From Mustelus asterias (taxonomy: Eukaryota): DNA of 64,000 bases. A program made the position numbers and the translations under genes. This document shows, piece after piece, positions 50,696 through 64,000 of this stretch. Each line of letters opens with the position of its first letter. The first letter of the stretch is position 1. The DNA is taken from NCBI RefSeq assembly GCF_964213995.1, contig NC_135813.1:61008001-61072000 (forward strand). The letters run 5' to 3'. The notes beneath the pieces were generated by a model. That model did not search any database, was not told where the DNA came from, and saw only the letters and a list, made by a program, of their open reading frames with translations.

Positions 50696-53600
50696 CGCCA
50701 AGCCCCGAGGAACATTATATTACCAACCTGGAATGTGATTGAGGTCCCAAAACTCTCCACTCAGCACTATTCAAGTGTTGGAAACCCACGGCATTCACAG
50801 TGAATTAAGCCTTGGCAAAATGAAATGCTCTCGGAAACAGAGCTTTTCGCATGATTTTCGTTCTTGGATTTGAGGGGTACATTTGCTGTCATTTGAAAGG
50901 ATGAGTTTGAGAATGTCAATGCACTGGCCGACGTCGGAATGAGCTGAAAGTAGCAGTTTTTTCAAATCAGATTTCTGATGGCAGGTGACCCTACCCCCAA
51001 CACTACCCTCGCTTCCCGCCGCACAACAGTATTGCAGAAGTCATAGTACAATGTTCCATTGGTCACTCATTTGAAAAGTTAAACAAAATCAGGCAAGCCA
51101 ATTAAATGCTGATAACGTTAGCTTATCACACACCTTCACCCCATGTGTCCTTGAACAATTGTGAGAAGTAACCTTTTGATTATGCAGCTGAGGCGCACAG
51201 AGGAGAACGAGAAGAAATGAATTAATTACTTCGCCTGGAGAGCTGACGATCGCGGCTACAGGTGCAGTTGCGTCAGTGTAAAGAATTCGAGAAGCTTCAT
51301 CGCAGAAGGAGAGCAATCAGTCAATCGCATCCATGTCGGTTCTGTAAAGGAGCGATCGAAGTGGAATTTCTGTCTTGATCTTACTCCAATTTTCGACACA
51401 TTTTCCACCTTTTTGAGAGTGATTGTTGAATCTTCTTCCGCCAGTCTTTGATCCAATTGACTCCAGCTCATTAAGAGTCGGAACATATTTAACCACCACC
51501 ACCCCTGTTCCCGGGTTATTTCAAATGTTTGCCTTCTGGTGATCAAACATCCCGACATTTGAATCAGCTTCTACTTTCTTTATCCAACACCTTTAAGAAC
51601 ATCTTTATCAAATCTACTGTGCGGCATTAAGGAGAACAACCCCAGGTTCTCTCGTCTTTACATCTAACTGAGCGCCTTTATCGCTGAAAACATGCGAATA
51701 CACCTTCTTGCACCCTCTCCACGGCCTTGAAAGACATTCGAAGAATATTGTCCAGAACTGGACTCAATATTCTAGCTAGGGTCTAACAAAGATAAAAGGG
51801 TTAACATATTTGCTTGCATTTGTACCCGGTTGTTGGAATTTTACTGACTCCCGTGTCGACAGAATGAAGGGTGGAGAAGGAATATTAAAATTTCTCCACC
51901 ACTGGGAAAATTTCCAACCGGCGGTCAGGTAGAGGGATCAGGAACAGATAATTAAAGTTGTTCGGCTGAAAGATATCGCAGGATATTTACTGAAAGATAT
52001 GTCTCAGGTCCACGTCATGCAGTGCAGTCAGTACCCGGGGAGTGAGAGGCTTAAGGCCTTGCTTCTGGGTGGAATGTACAGAGTTGACATCTGCAGTGTG
52101 GAGAGAGGGAGAGAGACAGATACTAGTTCAGTTTAATGCAACAAGACAGCAGGAGCGAGAGAAGAACCACCCTCATGGCGTGCCAGCGGAATCGGAAAAC
52201 GATTCGCATCGGGCCAGGAATGCAGGTTAAATTTGACTGAAGACGGTACGCAGCTGAAATAACAGACAGAAAGTGGGCCTACTTCATGGAGATGTTGAAG
52301 TCCCAATAGAACCAATGATTGCGTCCGATTGGAAGCAAAAGAGTTAAACTCTGCGATTCGTGGCAGAGCTGAAGATTGGGAAGATTAGAATAACCGAGAG
52401 GCAATGGCGAATAAAGTAATGACGAAGGAGAATTTAGAGTATGAGAGAATGTTAGCTAGACATATTAAAATAATGTAGGAATTTCTATATGCTTTTAAAA
52501 AAGAAAATGCTCACTAAAATATGTGTGGTTACTCTGGAGAAGGAGTATCGGAAATTCATAATACGAAATGAGGAAATGGCGACAGACTTGATACATGTTC
52601 ACTGCCACGCTGTGGAATACATAAATAATATCCCAGAAATACTTGCAGGTGAAGAGGTGGAAGGGAGCGAGGAACATAAAGCAATTACAACCACCAGATC
52701 AATGCTACTGAGAAAACGATCAGAACTAAAGGCTGTCAAGTCGTTAGGGCATCATGGAGCTGTGTAAGATACCCTGACGGAGAGTGGATGCAGAGGCGAT
52801 GGGCCGATTGGCCTCATTCTGCATTGTAGTGATTTTATAATTCCATGAGATCGGGAAATAGCACATCTAACTCCTGTATTCAAGAAAGGAAAGAGACAGA
52901 AAACATGTAACTCCAAGCCAATTAGCCTAACATCTGTCAAAAGTTAAATGTTAGAATCCATTATTAGAAGGTTATCTCAGGGCACTTGCAATTATGCAGA
53001 GCCAACATGGTTTTATATAATTGAAGCGATACTTTACTACTTTGTTATCCTTACTTGAGCAACTTATTAGTGACGTGCATAAAGGGAACCTGTAGAGTTG
53101 GATTTCCAAAACGTATTTCATAAGATGCCGCTTCAAAGATACATTATGAAAAGCCAAATAGGAGCTCATTATGCATGGGGTAATATTTATCACGAATCGA
53201 GGACTGATTGGCTTACAGAAACAGAGAGGTGGGATAACTGAGCCATTTGGGGGGGGGGGGGGGGTCGGGGGGTGGGGATGGTGGTGGTGGTGGTGGTGGT
53301 GGTGGGGGGGGGGGGGGGGGGTAAACTGCAGCCGGTGGTGTATCACACGGATTACATCTCGGGCCTCAACTATTTTCAATTTACAGTAATGACATGGGTG
53401 ATGGGACGGACTGATTGCAATTTTTTCTCACGGCATTAATACGGGGAGAAAAGTAAATTGTGAGGTGCGCATAAATAGCATATAAAGGTATTGAGATGGA
53501 CTACGTGAGTGGTAAAAAGAAACAGGTGGAGTGCAATGTGGTGAAGTCCACTTTGGCAGGAAGAACGGAAAGCAGCAAATTATTCACACGGGGATGAGAG

Positions 53601-56600
53601 TGCAAAGGCCCGCAGCGCTGGGGCATCTGGCTGCCTGGAATGTGATTCACAAAACTTTAGCATGAAGCTGCAAGTGATTAGGAAAACAACTGCAATGTTG
53701 TCACTTATTGCAAGTGGGATGGAATGTAAGAGTAGAGAAGATTCGCTACAAAGAGCTCATCTGAAGTACTTTCCTGTTGGCACGTGTACCTCAGAACGGA
53801 TACAATAGCACCAGCGACAGTTCGGAGAAAGGTTCACCCATCAGATGAAAGGGATATCATATAGGGAAAGGTTGGACAGGTTGGACCTGTAGCCATTAGA
53901 GTTTAGAAGAACTCGAGGTGATCCTGCTGAAACGCCTCCGATCCGGAGGGGAATTGAGATGGTGAACGCTGAGGAAGTGCCTTCCCTCGAAAGAGACTAG
54001 AAGGAGGGGACATGAATTAAAATAAGAGGTTTTCCACTTGAGATGGAGATAAAGAGCATTTCATTCTCTGTGAGAACCATTAGCCTATGGAACTCTCTTT
54101 ACCAGAGATATCCCATCGTGAATGGTGGTGGATAATTAAACAACTGACTGGAGGAGAAGACATCACAAATTTCTCCATCCTCAATAAGCAGTGAAAAAGA
54201 TAAGGCTAAAGCATTCGCAAAAATCGTCTGTCACATGTGCCAAGTGGATGATCCATCTTGGGCTTCTACAAAAATGGTCAGTATCACGGATCTCAATCTT
54301 CAGTCAATTCAATTCGCTCCACGTGATATCAAGAAGTGCCCGAATACGTTGGATACTGCAAAGGCTTTGGGCTCCAACAATATTCTATCGACAGTCCTGA
54401 AGACTTGTGCTCCAAACGATGCGACCCCGCCAGTCAAGTTGTTTCAGTACATCTACAACACTGGCATCTACCCGGCATTGTAGAAAATTGCCCATTCATG
54501 TCCTCTACGCAAAAAGAAAGGCAACACCAACTTTATTCGTTAGCCATCAGGCCACCCCAGATCATCAGTAAATTGATGGAAGAGCTCATTAACAGCGCAA
54601 TGAAACGGCAGGAACTTAGCAGGAACCTACTCTCTGGCACATAGTTTGGATTCCGCTAGTCACTCAGCGCCTCACTTCATTACAGCCTTGGGTCAAACAT
54701 GGACAAGAGTAGTTGAATGCCAGATGTGAAGTGACTGCGTTTGACGTCAAGGCAGCACATGTGGAATTAAGGAGCCCGAGCAAGACTGGGGTCAATTAGA
54801 ATCAGAGGGAAAACTACGCTGGTTGGAGTCATACCTGGCACAGAGGAAGAGTGTTGCGGTGGTTGGAGTTCAATCATCTAATTTGCAAACTTCACTGCAG
54901 GAGTTTCTCAAGATGGTGTCCAAGGCCCAACCATCTTCAGCTGCTCTATCAATGACCTTCCTTGCATCATAATGTCAGCAATGATCGCACAGTGCACAGT
55001 ACCATACCCGCATCCTCAGAGGCTGAAGCCGTCCGTGTCCAAGTGCAGTAAGCCCTGGACAATATCCAAGTTTGTGTTGACAAGTGGCAAGTAGTGCCAG
55101 GAAATGACCATCTCCAACAACAGAGAATCTAACCATTGTCCCTTGACATTCAATGGTATTGCCATCAATGTCGACATCCTGAGGGCGACCATTGACCAGA
55201 AACTGAAGTGGTCTTGACATTTAAATATGGTGGCTACAACAGCAGGTCAGAGGTTATGAATCCTGTAGCAAGTATCTCACTTCCTGACTAGCCAAACCTA
55301 TCCACCATCTGCGAGGCACAAGTCAAGAGTGTGATGGAATACTTTGCACGAGCCAGGAGAATGCAGCTTCTATAACTTTCAGGAAGTTCACACCATCCAG
55401 GACAACACTTGACTGGCACCGCTTCCACAAACTCCCTCCGCCACGATGAACAGTGGCAGCAGTGTGCACCATCTGCAAGATGCACTGCATAAACCCATCC
55501 AGGCTCCATTGGCAGCATCTTACAAAGTCACATCGCAACCGTCCAGAAGGACAAAGGCAGCAGACACATGGGGACACAACTACCTTCGCGCTTTCCTCCA
55601 AGTCATTCGCAATCTGACATGGGGATGTATTGCTTACCTAGACCACAGGGACTGCGCTGATTCAGCAAAGCAGTTCACCACCATCATCTCGAGGGCAATT
55701 AGCGGTGAGGAATAAATGCTGGTCTAGTCAGCGATGCCCACATCACGTAACAAAATGCAGAATTCGATAGATTCCTGATTGAAAAGGGATCCAAAGAGTA
55801 TAGGGGTGGACAAGAATGTGGGGTCGAGCCCACGATCACATCAGCCACGACCTTAGGCCTAATCTTCGTTCCAATTCATATGATCGTATGATTCGTATTT
55901 GCGCCCTTTTTGACTCCTTTTATCCTATTAAATTTCTGAACCTTCGTATCCATTAATGTGGCACTGACAGCATTATCTTTAGTGAATGAGGCAGGAAAGG
56001 AAGTGATAGTGAAACATTTTGTGACACTGGGTTCTTACTGCTTCGAATCATTCGGATTCCCTGATATTATGGACATTCACCACTGAAAAGGGGAACTCAT
56101 TAAACATCCGAATTAACTGACAATACCTGAAGAGAATATTCTGAAAACGACTTTCATGTCCGAATGCCTATTTTCCAAGTGTCCACGTATTTTGCCAGGA
56201 ATTGATATTTTGAGATATTTTAACCGCAAATACACTTCATGTAATAACACGGTCCTTGGTATACCAAGTCCAATATTGCCATCTGCTGGTTCAGCCGCAA
56301 AAAGCGCGCAGTTTCATTGGGATGCGTTCTGGACTTTTTTCATCTATTGTGCGTAGTGCAATAGAAAGCAGGGGGAATGAAATGACAATTATAAAATAAA
56401 ATTCTGGATAAAGTCAGGAGATCTGGTCGCACTTGTGAGGAGCGAAACACAATTTCTGTATAAGGGTAATTCGCACTGCCGTGTTCGATGAAACAGTGTT
56501 CAGTCTCTAATAAATTAAGCGTAAATCTCATCAGTACTTTTATCATGCATTTCAAACGTTTCGAAGACAGGTGCAGGCGCAGCCTCAAACTAGGGAGCAG

Positions 56601-59600
56601 GAACCTACACTGTAAAGCATGGCGGACGCTGTCGTCCGGCGACGAATGATCGAATTAGCATTGCAGAGTCCTGGAACAAGCAATGATTCTAAATCCCACC
56701 ATGGTATCTGGCAATAAGCCTTGAACAAATTAGTTGTCTTAATGTTAACCACGAAACTACTGAATTGCTGAAAAAAAACATTCGCTTCATTAACATCATT
56801 CCGGGCAGGAAATCTGCCATCTTTACTGAGTACATACGTGACTCCACGTTTTCCGTCGCGAAATAGATACAGAAGTCTGAGGACACGTACCAACCAACTT
56901 CAGAACAGCTTCTTCACTGCTGCCCTCAGACTTTTGAATGGACCTGCCTCGCATTAAGTTGATGTTTCTCTGCACCCGAGCTATGACTGCAACACTACAT
57001 TCTGCACTCTCTCCTTTCCTTCTCTGTGAACGGTACGCTTTGTCGGTATAGCATGTAAGAAACAACACTTGTCACTGTATACGAATATACAAGACAATAA
57101 TAAATCAAATCAAATCAAATCAAAAACATTTGTGCTATTAGGGAAACATTTGCACAATACATGGCCAGCCATGTTGGTAACACGCTGTTAGCAGTGGTGT
57201 TGATGATGAACCTCCTGATCAGATTGCTTTACCTGTTACAGAAAGAGCCCGATCACCTGAGATGATTCTAAAAATAACAGCAAAGGCCAAAGCGGCAGTG
57301 GCGCAAGGTTTGTTTTCAATTATGGAGGTAGTTACAGATGAAAATTAGAAGCCAGGAGTGAATGAGTTTGGGGGAGGGAGAGGCGAACATCAGAGCGCAT
57401 GTACAACCTAGCAGAAAGCAAGAACACAATTGGTGCCATGCTGAAAACATACTATTATTTATATAAATTGGAACGAGTTGAGGCCACAGCACTGATCATT
57501 GTGGCACACCACCCCTTACATCTTGCCAATCACAAAATTGTCCCTTTTGCCCACCCTCTGTCTCCTGTTCGCTCGCAGATTTTCTGTCCATGACCCCACA
57601 CGATAAACTCTCCTTTTCCGCAATACCCTTTGCTTTGACATCTTATTAAATGCTGACTGAAAATCACAGTACATCCACCTGCTCACCTTTATCCACAGCA
57701 CGCTACTTCTTCAAATCACTCCAGTAAATTGGCTGAACATGAATTCCCTTTCACAAAACTGTGTTGGCTCTATCTGATGACCGTGATTTGACTTCTGTGC
57801 CCTGCTATCAAATCTTTAATAACCGCTGCTACCATTTTCCTTATATGTCATACGGTGAGCTAACTGGTGTTGTTCAGCTGACATGTGTTGTTCCCTGCTA
57901 TAGGTCTCTTTTTCCTATTGCATTAAAGTGCGACATTCGCTGTTTTCCAATCTAATGCACACTTCCCAGAAACTGGGGAATTTTGGAAAATTGAAACCAA
58001 CCCATCAATTGTCCCTTTAGAGACCTTCGGGTGAAATCCATCAGGACCTGAGGACTCATCAGCCCACATCTTCAACAACTTCTTAATGTCATTTCCCTGA
58101 CGATTCTAATTTTCTTGAGTCCTTCTCTTCCATTTCCTGCTCTATAGCTATTTCTGTGATAGAACTTGTATCCGCTACAGTGAAGACTGAAAGCAAAATG
58201 CCTGTTCTAGTCATCTGCAATCTTTTTGTTTGCGATAAATTCGCCAGACTCAATTTCTATCGAACTGTCGCCCACTCTATGAACGGTTTTCTTTTTTTTA
58301 TCGTTTACCTTCACAATTTTAAGTTGATTTATTAGTGTCACGAGCAGGCGTACATTAACATTGCAATAATTGACTATGAAATCCCCCAATCGCCACACTC
58401 CGGCACCTGTTCGGGTACACTGAGGGAGAATTAGCAATGCTAAGCACGTGCCACAGTGCCAAAGGCAAGAAATAACTGACAAAACCCCAGAGTATTCGGG
58501 AAATAAATGAACTGGTTTGGAAGCATCTATGGAGACAGAAACAGAGGGAAAATTGCGCCTCCAAATGTGCCAGATGTAAATACATAAAATACATGTGATG
58601 AGTTTTGTTGATCTGAAATTCACTTAAAGAGTACAGGAAACCGATCCAATTAAAACTTCAAGATGAAAATTGGATAGATTCATGAAACCGATGTCTGCAT
58701 GAAATGCCCATCGTGCACTGGAGTGCGATTACTTGGATAGCTCTTTCAAAGAGTACAGTGGGTCAATGGCATTTTTGTGTTGTACTCTTCAGTGAAATGG
58801 TTGGGAACTGAGCTCAATATAAGGGTACTAAGTCATTTTTCAGTTGTGTTTCCCTTTGCAGGGAACCAGATGTTTATCCATTCTATGTACAAGTATTTTT
58901 CTTTAGCTGGTGACATAAAGTTGCATAGCCAGTTGTAATGATCAGGAATGCAAGAACTTAAATGATGACGGAGCAGATTCCGAAGTCTCTTGTAAAAGTC
59001 AATAGAACTTACATGTGAAACGAATAACAATTGAAAGATTATGGCGAGAGAATGTCTTGGATTAACTGGCCATCGTCACTTCTCTTTGCTTCTATTCTAA
59101 ACAATGGTCCACTGATCCTGAGTCTAAGCCCCCATGTTCTGGATTTCACAGCCAGGGCAAACATCCGGCTGTACTCTTCAGTTGCAAGGACAGGGTCTTC
59201 GGATAGTCGGTTTGCCTGCGCCGCCAACTCACCTCCCCGCTTATGCTGTCCGCTTTGCAGCCATTGGACATATGGTGGAGACAGAAATCGGGCAAAGGCA
59301 AGACATGCACATCCTTCTGCGGAGGAGTTACCACCTGAGAGGACTGATGGCCAACCGTTTGTGCAGCAACTCTGTAGGTTCGAGTCCTGGCGACAGTTCG
59401 GATTACAACCGGTCTCCAATGACGATATCTAATGTCGGCCAAATGAGGAAGACCCTTGGAGCTTTGGTGGGGCCGAGGGAAGTGAGGGGAGGGGGGTGTT
59501 CCCCTTGCCAACACCAACACTCAGCTCCGGCTGTTAGATTAGTGTCTTGACATAGTCCGGTCCCAGCCAGGGGAATAATTGTAGTGCGGACAGGATGAAG

Positions 59601-60037
59601 CCCCTGAGTGACTCTTAATAGGTCACTTAAGGGCCTCAATAGGCTCAAAGGTGCGCGTGCCACAGAACGAATTTGTTCTTCCCAATAGTTGGAGGAGATT
59701 TCCAATCATCACTGTAGAACAGTTCAGTGAGGCGATGTGAGATAGAGCGTCGTGCTTTTCGAGTGCATAAAGAGCCTGATGTGCTTTCAGATGATGCCTA
59801 CAATGGGGAGCATGCGGATGGGAAAAAGAATGGGGGCCAGAGACATATTGTTGAGTTGCTAGCATGGGAGCAGGAAGAGAAGCCATTGCAGACAAATCTG
59901 TGGATATTATTTGATAAATAATGATGGAGCCAGATCACGAGAATAGGCCCAAGCAACTGACAAACGGTGGAGATTTTTTGGATCGTGTGTTGAATCGTGT
60001 CAAAGACCGACGCCAGTCCGAAAACAATGAGCCGTCG

Positions 60038-60360
60038 GGCGGCACGGTGGCACAGTGGTTAGCGCTGCTCCCTGACAGCGCCAGGGACCCGGTTTCACTT
60101 TGCAGCTTGAGCCACTGTCTGAGCGGAGTCTGCACGTTCTCCCCGTGTCTGCGTGGGCTTTCTCCGCGTGCTTCGGTTTTCACCCGAAGTCCGAAAGTCG
60201 TAATGATTAGGTGCATTGGTCATGCTAAATTTTCTCTCAGTGTACCCGTACAGGCGCCGGAGTGTGGCGACTAGAAGATTTTCACAGTAACTTCATTGCA
60301 GTATTTGCAGTTTGGATTACAACCGGTAATTGTAAGCCTGCTTGTGACTAAAAATAAATA
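60038..60360 (+). mobile_element. tRNA-derived shark SINE (copy in unit 4)
   Basis: Paralog of 1921-2240. Confidence 0.85.
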
Positions 60361-63300
60361 AATTGTAAAAAACTTTAAAACTTTAAAAAACAGGAATAGT
60401 TTGCTATCTTTATAATTGAATAGAATGTAACTTTGATAAGGGTCGTATCAGTATTGTGGCAGAAGCAGAAACGCGATTCTGGGAATTCAATGCTGGAGTT
60501 GTTGGAACGATAGTATGGATTTGGGGTTGGCAATTTCTTCAAGTGGTTTAGAGAGGAAATGTTAACTGAAGATCGGCAGTAGTTCACAAGGACAGAGGAA
60601 CAAGGCTGTTTGCAAAGAGAAGTTTGATGGTAATCGGTGTGAAAATATAACAGTACCTGAGGAGAGATAGCAACTAATGATATCAACAAAAGTGGAGACA
60701 AGAAAAGAAAGTTGGATGGTCAGTAATTTAGCGGAAACATGGTCAACATGGGCCTAATGGAAAAACTGAGTTGCGAAAGCGAATGAGGGGATATATGGGA
60801 AAAAAAATCCGATTCAACTATGATGCATGCGAAGTAGTGCTTCCTCATTTCACTCCTAAATAGCTTCGCTCTAATGAAAGAGTGTGCCCTATTTTGCTGG
60901 ATTGTGTTATTAGTGGAAATGATTTCTCTGGACCTATCCTTTCACACCCGCTGACCATTTTAAATACGTCGAATACGTATAGAGTGCAGGGGAAGACAGA
61001 CAGTGAGTTGCCTTGAGTGATTTAGCACAAAAATCTTGCTATTCCAATCTATATACTCATTAAGGGTTTTAACTCTCTTCACTATAAGCACTTGGTTTAG
61101 CAAAGCCACACAAATTGTTGCTTCAGCCATAGCCTCATATCAATCAAGAAACAAGAGTTCCTGAAACATTTTCAACCACTTTTGTGCAAAATACCAGTGT
61201 TTGAAAGTCATGCCTTCTCAAATAGAAAGTGCCTCTGGCCGTCTGTATATAAGGCAGTTCCAAGTAAGGATAAAGTTCAACATTTCTTGCTGAGCCAGTG
61301 TTCCCGCACGTTATATTGGTGTTCAGTATGCTTCCATGATGCAGCATGGTCCAAATTGTCAAAACATGCTCTTGACTGCATCTATTCTTAGGTGCACTAT
61401 TTTAAGATACTGCTTCTGCAATCCTTGCTGATATAAAAGTGTTTATCTTTTTATTACTGGATTGTAACTCTGGAAATATCTGAGTCTCTTTTAGTGTCTG
61501 AGGTGAGGCACTCTCACAGGAGATTCACCTGGATGCTGTCTGGGCTGTGGTTATTTTTCGTAGAACAGAGTAAGCTGAGGTGTTAACTCATCAAGGTGCA
61601 AATAATTATGAACGATACAGATAGGAAGAAACCTTTCACCTCAGTAGAGGGGTCAATAATCGGGGGGCATAGATTTAAGGTCAGGAGCAGGAGATTTAGA
61701 GGAGATTTGAAGAAATTCTTCTTCAGCCAGAGGGTGCTGGGAATCTGGAACTCAGTGTCTGCAAGAGTGGTGGAGGAAGGAACCCTCACGACACTTAAGA
61801 AACATTTTGATGAGCAATTGAAAAGTCATTGCATACACCGATACGGGCCGAGTGTTGGTAATTGAATTAGAATAGATACGTTTTTTGGTGGTCGGCACAG
61901 ACGCGAAGGGCCTCATTCTGAGCTGGATTCCCCCCTCCAGCTTTAAAGGGTAATACATAGTACGTTTCAGCAATCGGTCTTAAAAATTGAACCCTTCAGC
62001 AATTACTTCACCCTGACGAATCAGTCCTGTACCCATTCATCATACCAATATATCCGCGGCAATTGTACCGCCCCGCCCACCACGGAATCAGAGCGGACGA
62101 GGGCGGACAACGGAAATGTCCCTTGACCTCTGGTGGGAATTTCGGGTCTCGATCGAGCGAGGACGTAAAAATCCCGTAGCTCAGTGTGAAAACCTAAATC
62201 CAGCACTCCAGATGTGATCTGATCAAGGCTGTAGACAACAGAAAGCATTACTTCCCCACTTTTTAGTTTCAATGCCCTTGTGATAAAGGCAGGCATTCGG
62301 TTTGATTTCTAATTTACCCTGTGTCCCTGAAGTTTTTAGTGACTTATGTCCAGGAACACCTAAATCCCTTTGTTCATTCAAAGCATCTCGCCGCGTAGCT
62401 TTAGGTAAATATTTCGAGCTACTCGCTATCATATTTTGGTCACAGAATCACAGAATTCACTGGTCCATTCACTTAGTTTATCTATGAAGAGTCAGCCAAC
62501 TTGCGATACCTCCTTATCTTAAGCTGATCTACCGATGTGTTTATGAAACTCTCGAACCCTCAATTTGAACGGCAAAATGATCTCGTTCCAGAAATGATCC
62601 TCAGGAAACTGCATTTGTCACATCCAGCCAATGAAGGAACAAATCCTTGATTGGCACTTTCTCTCTCCTACCCATAAACAATTCCCTACCTATATGTTCA
62701 AATAAATTATTTATTCCTTCTGCCACTGGATCTATTTCATGTCTCCCCGTTTCGGACTCACTCACGGTGGAAAATCTTTCTCTGTGTTCCCGTATCACAC
62801 CTTTTCCGAACATTAAAGCCGCCTATTACTCCTCCGCATCCTCTCCTCAGAGAAAAGAGCCCAACATATTCATTTTCCTGATAGGCACATCGTCCCAATC
62901 CCAGTAAATATCTGGCAAATAATTTTTGCACATTCTCATGTCCTACAAGATCATTTTTGAGGTATGTAGACCATAGATGAGGAAAACTCTATAAAACGCT
63001 AATAAATCCCCGGGTGTTTTGTTTTGTTCTTCTGGAAGTGCACCAGCACCTTGTTTGCACTTTTTATCAACTGCGCAACTTCTTGCTACATATAGCAATT
63101 TATGTCTTGCAAGCCCAAATCTAACTGAAGAAATAAAACAATAACGTATCAAAGGGATGTCCTGTCGACTTTGTGATTCGTGTGACGATGAAGTTTAAAA
63201 AAACAGACGTTGTTCGGAGCTGGTTTGAGTCAATGCCTCATTGAAAATGCATCTGGGGAAGTTGACATGTTAGTAAAGCGCCTGCTTCAGTATGATCATT

Positions 63301-63939
63301 ATTGGCCAATAAAAGCAATCGTATAGTTTGTTTAAGAAATGATTTGCAGTACCAGAACCTGCATTGTATCGGGTGTATTAAAAAATGTGGCAGTGACGGA
63401 GTTTGCCCTGAATATTGGTAATCAGGTGGTGTAGAAATGTCTGCCCGTTTAATGTATTTTTGTAAATCTCGAGACGCAGTTCAGCCCTTTCAGTATAATG
63501 GCAGAGTGTAACGAGGTCCATTTTTTAAAAAAATGTTGCAATATTACTTCATGGTGCTAATTTAATGTCACCGATCGTTTCCTTGTTGCGCCTGGATGTC
63601 ATTGGCTTGAAATAAAATGTGCAGAGTATCACAATGATAGAATCTCACTATTTAATTCCCCTTGGAATGCTGCCATTAATTGTTTATGAGGGAAAGAGAG
63701 AGAATAACAGAACGTCGGTCGAGATAACGCTATAATGATTTTATTACACAGCTGTATCAATGACATTACAGTGAAGCTTTGATCCATTCAGGGTGAACAC
63801 AGTTAATTTGAAACTAAGGGAGTCAGCCGATCTGCTACAAACTGTGATGAAATGTTTGAAATGTTCCACTATTTGCGGAATTTATTTTGAAATGACACTT
63901 TACCAACGGCAGAATACAAGAATGCATTAGATGCGTGAA

Positions 63940-64000
63940 TCAGATACAGTTGGATCTGGAGATGCTTGTTTGAAGTGGGTTTGCTTGAGTCTCGTGTTTA
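63940..64000 (-). CDS. IGLC: 3' end of Ig light-chain constant exon, gene 4 (partial)
   Basis: KHETQANPLQTSISRSNCI* with TGA at 63940-63942. Confidence 0.93.
   Translation of the reverse strand, partial: KHETQANPLQTSISRSNCI

Larger units (their letters stand above)
39987..59478. repeat. Tandem segmental unit 3 (19,492 bp) containing Ig light-chain gene 3
   Basis: Colinear near-identical copy, closest to unit 2; shares the Penelope-derived insertion. Confidence 0.97.
59479..64000. repeat. Tandem segmental unit 4 (partial, runs off the right edge)
   Basis: Colinear with 1361-5840; ends inside the C exon. Confidence 0.95.

Noticed and set aside
52972-53389. Poly-Pro/His and poly-Gly/Trp ORFs
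   Set aside because: Translation artefacts of the G/(GGT)n tract.

Overview
Vertebrate genomic DNA, almost certainly from a cartilaginous fish (shark). From ~1361 to the end, the window is a head-to-tail tandem array of a ~19.1-19.5 kb unit: three full copies plus the start of a fourth, with unit starts near 1361, 20499, 39987 and 59479. Each full unit carries one intact minus-strand immunoglobulin light-chain gene of the shark lambda (type II) kind. The gene has an octamer promoter, a 49-nt leader exon, a 348-nt exon in which V and J are already joined in frame in the germline with no RSS, a ~4.4-4.7 kb intron, and a 323-nt C exon, giving a predicted 239-aa product. The fourth gene is represented only by the end of its C exon. 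The rest of each unit is decayed CR1/L2/Rex-type LINE fragments, tRNA-derived SINEs, a masked tetranucleotide repeat upstream of the promoter and a G-rich tract. Copy-specific features are a young CR1 LINE with an open frame at 1-1360, and a 309-bp Penelope-derived palindromic insertion in the J-C intron of genes 2 and 3 only. The paralogous V regions differ mostly by replacement changes in CDR2/CDR3, some of them adjacent multi-base substitutions, and unit 4 is a mosaic of unit-3-like and unit-1-like sequence. Most other ORFs in the supplied track are spurious frames over repeats.
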